Made by a program: the position numbers and the translations under genes. DNA of 62,948 nt, the filler included, from Reclinomonas americana ATCC 50394 (Eukaryota), in NCBI GenBank assembly GCA_048213135.1. It is 14 parts of 14 records of this genome, joined end to end, with 100 filler letters (N's around TTAATTAATTAA, not from the genome) between each part and the next. Parts side by side here need not be neighbours in the genome. Positions count along the whole stretch, not along the records: positions 48,857 to 51,165 come from AFZH01020551.1; positions 51,266 to 54,279 come from AFZH01020552.1; positions 54,380 to 60,311 come from AFZH01020553.1; positions 60,412 to 62,948 come from AFZH01020554.1; 10 more parts are not named here. The stretch is one strand, 5' to 3'. Of the stretch, positions 50,073 to 60,693 are shown one piece after another. Position 1 is the first letter of the stretch, and every line of letters begins with the position of its first letter. The notes under the pieces were generated by a model that saw only the letters and a list, made by a program, of their open reading frames with translations, made no database searches and was not told where the DNA came from.

Positions 50073-50741
50073 AAGAATCAAGGTCAAGCTTATGGAAGGT
50101 CCTGACTGTGCTAAATCAGCATGGTTGTTGTGTGAGTGTAACGAGTCGACACCGCGGCGGGTCATGCCAGCTCGCCCGGGGAGGAGAGTTGTGGGCTTGC
50201 CACTTCTGGACCAATTGCTTCGACCTGTCAAACTGGCGATCGACGACAGTGGATTTTTGCTGTATCGTCAGACATGGATCTGTATTCTGAGTTGATTCGT
50301 GTTTCGTATCAGCATGACGGTTGCAACTGGGAGCACGGTCTTTGTACGCTGCCGGCGAAAGGTCCGCGGATTTCGATCGCGAGTGCCAGCGATCTGAACA
50401 AATTCCAGCTGCAGATCGAGAATTCCGAGATCAAAGCCGCCCGTGCCCTCTCGTTCGCTGCATTCCACGGCCAGCTCCACTCACCGTCAGCCTGTACTCT
50501 GCGCGCCTCGTGTTCCGCCGACCGGATTTCCAACATTTCCCGCCTGCGAGCATCCCGCCATATTAGGCCATTTGCTCACGCGATCAAAGTGACAACGCGC
50601 GCGCAAGCACCACTGCGTTTGCTCTCGTCTCACGCACGCGCGCGTGCCAGTGTCTCCGCGTCTCTCTCTCTCTCTCTCTCTCTATCACACACACACTCCC
50701 TCTTTGTGAGTGAGCGTGAGTGAGTGAGTGAGTGAGTGGCG

Positions 50742-53700
50742 ATGTCGTCACCACCGCCTCACAACCTGCTGGACAAGCTGGACGATGAGGCGCTGATTGC
50801 GGCCTTTGCTGAGAGCATGCAGCAGCAGTTGTGGGACGAGCGGCGTCGCGCAGCTCGTCGTCGACAAGAGGCCGATCGCGCCGCCAAGTCACCTCAACAG
50901 ACGCGCAAGTCACCCTCGTCGCCCATGACACCATCGCCGACCTCCACTGCCACTGTGACCACTGCGGTTGGTGGTGGTGGTGTTGGTGGCAGTGGAGGAG
51001 GAAGCGCTGCTGTGAAGGCGCGAGTGGGTGAGATGAAAGTGCCAAAGACACCATCGCCTCCCTCGCCGCCCGGGCCCACCAGTGCCATGCGCCGTGCTCC
51101 GTCACCCGTGGTTTCGCGTGGTGAGTGCGCACACACGTACTCTCTCTCTCTCTCTCTCTCTCTCTNNNNNNNNNNNNNNNNNNNNNNNNNNNNNNNNNNN
51201 NNNNNNNNNTTAATTAATTAANNNNNNNNNNNNNNNNNNNNNNNNNNNNNNNNNNNNNNNNNNNNGAGTCTCACTGTCGCTTGTGTCTGATCCACTTGAT
51301 TGTTGTGCTGCAGTGGCGACGGGCCGTCGAACGGCAATGGCGTCGACAGGTGTGCTCTTGTGCGCGTCTTCTTTGTTTGTCGCACCGTCGCAGCTCACTG
51401 TGCGATGTGTCTTGTGTCTCAGTGCATCGAAACCTCTCAAAAAGTATGCTTCTCCCTCATCGTGTTTTTGTTGGTTTTGCTCACCCCGTTCGCAGTGCGT
51501 GGGCGATTCTCGGCAAGCGCCCGCCCACACCCGTCGACAACGGTCGGCTTGCCTCTGGCAAGAAGCGCAGTGTCTCGCCGGCCACCGTCGGAGCATCGCG
51601 AAAGAAGGAGGTGCCGATGGACGAGAGCGAAGTGAGCGCGCCGGCGACGAAGCGAGCAAAGAGGTGTGTGTGTGCATGCAGGGTTCTCCTACTGCCGCAT
51701 TGCTCCTCTTTGCGCTGACTGATGACCATGTCGGGCACTATTGAAGGGCTCACAAGCAGGCCGACGACGTGGCCAGCACGTTGCAAAAGTGCGTTCACAC
51801 CGACTTATTCATTCGTACTTGCTTCGCTCACCCCCCTCCCAGAGACGCAACACCCGCTCGAGGTGCCAAGGCCTCCAAAAAGTCGGCGAAGCGGTGCGCT
51901 GCACGCCAACCACGCTTCTCCTCGCGTTTCGCACTCATCTCCGCCATGCAGGAATACGACGAATTCACCAACCACCGCCACCGCAACCACCACCACCCCA
52001 GCGAGTGTGAGAAAACGCCGCACTTCCGCCTCGTCGCCGCAGCCACCGCGCTCGACCACGCCCACCGCAAGTGTAGGGCTGGATCTCTCCAAGTTTGGCT
52101 TTGCTGCTGGCCGACAAAAAGCACCCGAGCGTCCCATCACCCCACCACCCTCCACCGCCCCTGCGCCGCCAGCGACGACGGTACGTGTGTGTGTGTGTAT
52201 GTGCAAGTGTGGTTGCTTCCCCCTCGCTTCTCTGCTCACTATTCCTGCGAGAACAGAAACGTCGCAATGCACGTTCTCCGTCGATCGCTGCCGCTGTCAG
52301 TCGTAACTCGCCCGTGCGGCCGGTACTGTAACATGCTCCACCTGGCCCCACGCCCCACTATTTCACTTTCCCACCCCTGGTGTGTGCACAGACACGACCC
52401 CGGCCTCCATCTCCAGCGTCCGACCGTGGACTGTTTGTGGGCATTCAGAATCGCCGACCTCCCCGCCCACCGGTTGCGCTTGAACGAGTGCTCCTTCCTT
52501 TTGCATCCTTTGCTTACGCTCATCCTGCTTCTCCTGCTGCTTTGCAGTCGCCGGTGCTGCCGATGAATACAAACGCGATGGGGACGCAGACTGCTGCCGC
52601 CTCCGCCACCACCACTGTGACGACCACCGCCAAGGGTGGTACCGCTGCTGCTGCCGCCGCCGCTGCCGCCGCTGCCGCCGCCGCCGCTGCTTCGTCATCG
52701 TTGCCAGGCAGCCGTCCAGTCGTTGCTGCGCCCTCGAATCCTGCAGGTACACGCACCCGTGTTGTTGCTGTGGATGAATATCGTGGACTGAGTACTTGTG
52801 TTGCAGAGCCGAGCGGTGTGTGTCCAGCGCTGCCTACGCTTGACCTCTGTCTCCCACCTCACTTCTCATCTTTGCTCCTCTGCGCAGTGGATGAATTCGA
52901 CGATCTTGACGAGTGAGTGCATAATGTTTGTCATCCTCGTCTCTCCCGTTGCCGTCTCACACGCGCACGTGCACAGCGACCTCGACTGGCAGCGGGTCGA
53001 CAGTGTGCTCAGCACACGCGTGCTCTCGCAGGATCGACAGCAGGCACCACCTCCGCCTCCACCACCGCCTCCACCTCCACCACCACCTCCACCTCCACAA
53101 CAACATTCATATCTGGAGCCGTGGGATGTTCGTTCCCCCGTGCATGTCTTCCGTGCAACGCACGAGCACTCATCGCGAATGGTGGAATGCGCAGGAGTTG
53201 GAAGATGAGGAGTCGCTCACTGCACAAGAGTACGACATGCTGATGGCCAGCATTGCGCCACACAACTCGGTCGCCCCGAGCACGCCGTCGCGACACAGTC
53301 GCACCTCGGCCAAGGCGAATTCACCTGGACGGCTGTCGGGTGCCGTCGGTAAGCCGCTGGTGTTTTTCTTGTTTGCGTGTGACACTTTTATCGCTCATCG
53401 TGCCTCGCTGCAGTGGAATCACCGTTCTACAAGCGACGCGAGGCCATGGGTGAGTCGCAGCGTCAATTCTCCTTTTTTTCGCGAGTCTCCTTTTTCTGAA
53501 AAATAGCAACTGGCATCGACAGGCAACCAGCTCGATGAGCACCAGTGGCGCGCGGTGCTGGCTCCACTGGACAAGTCCATGATCATTTTCGCTTGTGCTG
53601 GTACGCAGTGTTTCTTCCTTGTTGCAAGATGAGAAGAGTGTTCAGCGCGCACTTGTTGCTGTGCTGTCAGGCTCTGGCAAAACCAAGACCATGTGTTGGC

Positions 53701-56700
53701 GCATTGCGCGGATGGTGGACGAGGGTATTGAGCCATCATCCATCCTGGCGGTCACGGTGCGCTCCTTCCATGGCCAGCCTCCTCGTCGGTGCTCACATTC
53801 TCTCACCTTTTGCACTTCGCGCATCGCACAGTTCTCCAAAAAGGCGGCAATGGAGATGCGTGAGCGCATCACTGGCGTGCTGGGCATCAGCAAGACGAAC
53901 GAGATCAGCATTTACACCTTTCACGCCTTTTGCTTGCGTGTCGTCATGGCGTACCCAGAGGTTGGTGGTGTGCACAGAACTGCTGCTGACAAGCACGTCT
54001 GTGTCTCATGTTGGTGCACAGGAGGCTGGCTTTGATGCAGTCCCCACTGTCATTGACCACCAGCGCCAGTTTGACATTGTCAAGGACGTGTTGACGAAGC
54101 ACGCCATGCTTCGGCAGGCCGCCAATCAAAACAGCAGTGCAGACGGCAAAGCAGATCCGTCGTCGTCGTCGTCGTCGAATGCGGCGACAGGTGTCGGCCA
54201 CGATCTTCCTCCCCGCTCAGCGGCCGCTCCCGACAGCGAGGGCAAGAAAATCGAGATCAAGAATCAGGACGTCGAGAGCNNNNNNNNNNNNNNNNNNNNN
54301 NNNNNNNNNNNNNNNNNNNNNNNTTAATTAATTAANNNNNNNNNNNNNNNNNNNNNNNNNNNNNNNNNNNNNNNNNNNNCAAGGAGAATCCCAAACTGCG
54401 TGAGCGGTATCAGCGCCGGTATCCCTTTATCCTGGTCGACGAGGTCTGTTGCAATTTGTCGTGCTTCAGTCCGTGCTGTCTCTCTCAACTCATGCACACC
54501 CACGACTGCAGTTTCAAGACACGTCGCCCGTGCAGTTTGAGTTGCTGAAGCTGTTGTATTCTCGTGCCGGGAGCATTGTTGGTGAGTTGGTGGAGACACT
54601 GTTGCCGTCGCGTCGTTTCGCCCGCCTGTGCTGATTTGTATGTTGCAGCCGTCGGTGATGTGAGTCACCTTTCCCCCCACGCCACCACAACTCTGCTGTT
54701 ATCTCTCGTGTCGTCGTCGCTCACACTTGCAGCACAAAGGACGATCAATCAATCTACTCGTTCCGCGGTACCAAGGCTGGCATCTTTCACGAGTTCAAAA
54801 CCGAGTTCCAGTCGGTGCAGCACAGCCTCACCACCAACTGTTGCGTTTTCCCTTGCGCCTGCTGTCCTGCACTTGCACTCGCTCATCCCTGTCCGATGAC
54901 ACAGATCGCAGCACGCACCGTATTGTGCAGCTGGCGCGTGAGATCATCAGCTTGAATCATTATCGCACCGAGAAGCCACTGCTGTTGCGTTTTGCTGTCC
55001 TCGTCGTGACCGATGAATGTGCAGCGCTCGCCTGACGTTGGTGCATCGCTCTCGCTCCCTTTTGCCGTTGCGGGTGAGCAGTGCGCACAGCGCCAATTCG
55101 GTTGGCGACAAGATCGAGCTGTTTGTGGGTGCCTCGGTCGAGAACGAGGTGCAGCAGGTGTTCAATCGCATCAACCAGCTGGTGCACGGCGATGGAGTGA
55201 GCCTGTGCGACAGTTGCGTCACGGGAGCCTGATCGCGCTGCGTGACTGTTGGTTTCGTCGAGCCACTTATTCTTCTGTGTACATCTCTGCTGTGTCGCAG
55301 TTGCGATTTTGAGTCGAGTAAGGAAGAATGTGTTGGTCGATTTTGAGCGTGAGGCCAAGCGGCGAGGACTGCCGATTGTGCGACGTACCAGTCGCGCCTT
55401 CTCGCAGATGGAGGTACGCAAGTGTGTTCCCCGTTTCTCGCACCACACGCGTTGGCTCATCTAAGCGCAGGCACAACACATTCTTGCATACCTGTCGCTG
55501 GTTGTCAACCCCGACGATCGCATCTCGTTTGAGCGCGTGATCAATGGTACGTACAGAGGGCGGAGTGTGTTGTCGCTGTTCGCGTGACCACACTGACGGA
55601 CGAGCTGTTGTGTATTGACAGTGCCGAGACGCAATCTCGGACCACAAGCCGTGCAGTACATCAAGCAACTTGCCCGACGAGAGAATGTTGCGTGCACGCG
55701 TAGTGTGTGTTGTCGAGTTGCAGAAGAATACTCATGGTGATATGTGGTACATACAGTTGGCCCTGGTCGGTGCCTGCCACTTTGCCGTTCAGTACGACGT
55801 GCCAGCCATCGAAGGCATTCGACGACCGGGACGACGTGGCATCGAGGAGTTTGTATCGCTCATGGATCATTTGAGTTCGCTGGCGGAGACCGGCACGCCA
55901 CTGGATCTCATTCGGTACGGCTCTGCCGGTGGAGTGCTTTGCTGTGCTTTGCTCATTTGTACGTGTGATATTGCCAGGGAGGTACTGGAGCGTACCACGT
56001 ACGCCGACGTGGCACGCAAGATACGCGACGAGAAGATGAAATCGTTGGACCGACTGCGGGCACTTGGCAAGGCTCACTCGGAGGCCTCGCGCGAGGATGA
56101 CGATGAGGACGATGCGGTCCGTATGCATGCATGCACTGCTGGCTGAAGGCGTCGTCTCACTCACTGTGTGTATGCGTGTGTGTGCAGGAGTCACAAGTGA
56201 AGAACAATCTCGAGCGGCTGCTGCAGGAGACGGAAAACGTGATGAACAACATGTGCCTGGAGCTGGTACGTCGATCCTGCTCACTGTATGAGTGTGTTAT
56301 CTGCTGGCGGAGTGACTGCGCCTTCTCTCCTTGCAGCCCGGCAACCGTGCTCCTGAGGACTTGCATGGCGTGGAGTTTCTGGCATCGTTCCTCGAAGAGG
56401 TGGCGGTCTTCACAGACGAGGTGGATGCTCCGGTGCAGCGTGAGAACGGCTTGTCGATCGAGACCATTCACCAGGCCAAGGGACTGCAGTGGAAATACGT
56501 GTTCCTCGTGCGCATGAACGAGGGCCTGTGTCCGCTGTTGTCCATGGAGACGGAGCATCCCATTCCCACCAAGGCCTCCGAGGATCACATGGAGGAGGAG
56601 CGGCGCATGGCCTACGTGGGCGTCACGCGTGCGCAGCACGCACTGGTGATCTCCACCGTGTGCCTCCCGCCCGGCGCATCCGCTGTCGACGCTTCTAGTC

Positions 56701-57174
56701 TGGACGAGTTTATCGACAGTATGCGCAACGGCAGCAGGGTGGATCGCCCATCGCGCTTCATCTGCGGCTCGCATCTCACGAGGGACTTGTGGAAGGTGCC
56801 ACGTGGTTGGGATCTGGCGCAGGGCTGTTGGTACGAGGTGCGTCTTTGCGATTGCTGTGTTCGTATTGTGTCATGCTCTATAGACTTTCCCATTCATGTA
56901 CGCTGGGGGTTGGCGACTGCAGGATCCGACCTCTCGCTCTCTCCGCGACATTATAGTCGCAGCAACAGCAACGTCGACGTTCCGGAGTGCCACATCGGCG
57001 CAAAAGGCCGCAACACCCAGCATCAAAACCGAGAAACCCAGCGGTGGCGGCGACCATGCAATGCGGTTCGCCGTCACTCGTCCCACTCCTCCTCCTCCTC
57101 CTCCTCCGCCACCACCACCACCACCACCACCTCGGTTACCGGCGCCAGGCGGGGAGGGGAGTGCCATGAAGTAA
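50742..57174 (+). CDS. UvrD/PcrA/Srs2-family SF1A DNA helicase with a long disordered N-terminus (spans two gaps)
   Basis: LDEHQ, ACAGSGKT, ILAVTFSKKAAMEMRERI, TFHAFC, ILVDEFQD, VGDDDQSIYSFRG, NYRST, TIHQAKGLQW and EERRMAYVGVTRA. Attachment of the N-terminal exons is inferred. Confidence 0.88.
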
Positions 57175-57250
57175 AACGCAAACGAATTTGCCATTTTTGT
57201 CAATACACACCTCTCCCTTTGCCGGTGCGCGCACACCCACCACCAGATAG

Positions 57251-60200
57251 ATGTCTGCGCCACGTCGCCCCTCCTCGTCGGCCTCTGGCACACGCCCTTC
57301 CTCGTCAGCCTCTGCCGCGCGCCCCTCGTCGTCGGCCTCCGCGGCTCGTCCCTCGTCGGCTGCGGCCGGCAGCGCACGACCCTCTTCCGCGGCCGCCGGC
57401 TCCAGTCGCCGCCCCGCCGGTTCCTTGTCGCCACCCTCTGCCGCCTCTGCTCCTCCACGCCGCAGTGTGGTGTCGGTCGCATCGCCGAGTGGCGTGACGA
57501 TCGATACACCACGCGCGCCCTTTGGCAGTGGCTTGCTGAATGCCGACGATGTAGCAGCGCTGTACAGAGCGCGTTGCAAAGTTGCGTATCCAAATGAGAG
57601 AGCGATGGGAAACTCTCTTGTGAGCGTGTGTGTGTGTCAATCAATCATCGCATCATTGATCCCGCGCAAAAATTTGTGGCGACAACTGTGACTGACCACG
57701 GTGGTGCTGCAGGATCAGAACCTGGATGTGCAGAGTGATCGCGAGGATCGATTCGTTACCGTCATTCAAGAGCTGTGCAAGGGCATGACACTCAGCCTGC
57801 GACAGCAAAACTTTGGTGCGATTGCAGACGCACTTTCTCTCTTTCCACTTGTGTCTTGTCTCACGTGTCCCTCACACATACACACATAGGGACGAACTGC
57901 GCCCGCGTCTTGTGCCGCATGCTCAAGGACGACAACTCGTTTGGCACCATCGATCTGCAGGGTTGCGTTTTGGTTGTATATGTGTGTGTGTGTGTGTGTG
58001 TGCTCGCAGTTCAACCGACACTGACTTGTGCCGGCACAGGCAATCGTTTCCGTGACGAGGGCGCCAAGTGTGCGTGCTGAGCTCTATTGTTTTGTTTCAC
58101 TCCGCTGCCTGCTGGCTGACACTGCTGCTGCTGCTGCTGCTGTTGTTGCAGACATTGGGGGCATTCTGCGGTTCAACACCACATGTGTGATGCTGGATCT
58201 GCGCTCCAATGATATTGGGCCGCAGGGTGCTACGGACTTGGTATGCGCTGCGTGTTCTTGTTGTTGCGCGCTATTGCGTGTATTTGACTTGCGCGCGTGC
58301 GCAGCTCGAGCCACTGGTGGAGGTCAATCGCACTCTCACCTCGCTCGACATGTCGGCCATTGCCGGTGTCAATCGCAATCACATTGGCAAAGAGGGCTCT
58401 CGCGTCATGGCCGAGGTCCTCCGATACAACGATGGTGCGCCTACAAACCGTGCACGTGCACGCACCCAGTGGGATATTCTTGCCTTTGTTCCCTCACCCA
58501 CAGATGCATTCGTGCAGTGCTGGTCGACTTGGCTCTCGGCTCCAACGGCATTGGCGCGGATGGCATTCTTCTGTTGTCGGCTGGTCTCGCCTGCAACCAC
58601 ACGCTGACCACGCTGGACCTCTCCTCCAATGCCATCACTGGCGAGGTGTGCCCGGCTCTGTTCACCGCGCTCATGTCGACGGCGGTGCACACGCTGAATC
58701 TCTCGCAAAATGTGCTCGGCGATCGCGGGTGGGTGATGTGCCGATCTCTCCCTCTCTCTACGGACACTATGTGGCTTCATGTGTGCCTAACAAAACTTGC
58801 CATCTGCAGTGCCGCGGCCATGGCCTTGTTCTTCGCCGACGAGACCGTGGCAACGAGCTCGTCGCTGACATCGCTGAATCTGGACTCGAATCGTCTGGGT
58901 GGTGCCGAGAACGAGGGAGTGCTGGCGTTTCTGCGTGCACTGAAAGGCTCTCAGCGTCTCAAGCACTTGGTGCTCGATAACAATCCCGTGGCGCCATTCG
59001 TCACGACACTGGCGACAACACTGCGTGAACATCGAAGTCTGGAGGTGTTGTCGCTCAACTCGGTCGGATTCGACAAGGTGTGCGCGCCTCTCGCACTCAA
59101 CAGAATAGGGGTGTTGTCAGCTGATGTGTGCTGTGAATTCGTCCACAGGATTCGGGCAGTGCACTGCTCAACTCACTGCTGACCAACAATGTGCTGCGCG
59201 AGTTGTATGTGTCGCAAAATTACCTCGAGGCGGCGGGCGCGGCGCCGTTGCAGACGTTGCTGGAGAAGAATCACACACTGCAAGTGATCGATGTCAGCAA
59301 CTGTCGTCTCGACGACTCAGGTGTGCTGTCTCACTCTGTGGCGCACTTGTAGAGCTCCCCCTTATTTCACTCACGCTTTTGTGTGCCTCTTCTCTCTCCC
59401 TCGCTCTCTAGCGGGCGAACGCATCGTGCAAGGCCTCGCTCGAAACCACGGCATTCGCAACTTCATCTGCCGTCACAACAATCTGCGAGTGGTCGGGCCG
59501 CAGCTCGCCGACATTGCAGCCGGTCGACTGGACATTATGCAGCTCGACGTCACCTTTAACGACATCAATTTCAAGTACCTCAAGTTGATCGAGGACGCAA
59601 CGAAAGAGAACGCCAAGCGCTTCAAGGTGCATTCGCAGTGCTCTGCCTGTGCGAGCTGATCGCTTTACCTATTGCCCTCGTCACAGGCCGGCGAATCCGA
59701 TCGCCTGCGCGAGCGCATCGATGCGCTGTACGAGGTGGCGACGCAGCTGCAGAACGCTCGTCGTGAGATTGTGCGCGAGGACGCGCAGATTGTTGAGAAC
59801 AGCAAGAGTTGCGATCCGCTCTTCACCTTCCTGTCCTTGCGCTCTCGTGTGTTTGACCGACTGCGCACAGTTGCTGAGGAGCGGCGCGAGGTGCTTGCTG
59901 AAGCCGAGGCCGACTCGCAGGCGCAGCTCGACAAGCTGCAGGCGAGGTACGAGGAGGTCAAGGCTCGCCGGTGGAAACTCGAGGAGAAACTGGATGAGAT
60001 CAAGAGCAAGTCCAGCGAGTTCCGCTCAGATGCCGAGTTGGAGTTGGCCACACTGGAGGAGCAGTCGGAGGCCGAGCGTGCACAGCGAGCACACATTGAC
60101 AAGCAGATGAAGGTGCGTTTGTGTGTGTTTCCAGGGAAAGAAAACAGGGAAAGGAAACAGTGAAAAGGCAAAGAGAGACGACAACACAGAGAGAGAGATG

Positions 60201-60522
60201 GCAGTAGAGAGAAGGCAAAGTGTGAGGGCAACGAGAGAAGGCAACAGAGTGGGAACAGGGTAACAGGGTGAATGCAACAGAGAAGAGGAAGACCAACTCG
60301 CGCACTCGCGTNNNNNNNNNNNNNNNNNNNNNNNNNNNNNNNNNNNNNNNNNNNNTTAATTAATTAANNNNNNNNNNNNNNNNNNNNNNNNNNNNNNNNN
60401 NNNNNNNNNNNCCCTCAGCCGCCAAGCGGCCCGCATCGGCCACTGGTCGGCCAGCGTCGGCGATCGGCGGGCGCGCCCCACCGGCGCCTGCCGGTCGCAC
60501 ACCGTCCGCCACCAGGAGATGA
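57251..60522 (+). CDS. RNI-like leucine-rich-repeat protein with a C-terminal coiled coil and RPxS-repeat tails
   Basis: LDLRSNDIGPQGA, LALGSNGIGADG, LTTLDLSSNAI and LNLDSNRLG. The post-gap exon PSAAKRPASATGRPASA...RR-TGA at 60412-60522 is inferred to be the last exon. Confidence 0.8.
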
Positions 60523-60693
60523 CACATTTTTGGGAGGTTGTTTTTGACCGTTGAAATCGATTGCTCTCTCGAACATTGTACCAATAGACGAGAGAAAGAG
60601 AGAAGACACAACCTCGCACACAGACACACACTCTCACGACAACGACAACGACAACGACAACGAGTGAGAGATAGAGAGAGAGAGAGAGAAAGG

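Noticed and set aside
50090..50415. RNase P/MRP-like GGAAGGTC and AACAAATTC motifs; C-box-like GTGATGA near 49970
   Set aside because: I could not form the P4 helix or find a matching D box, so no family call is justified.
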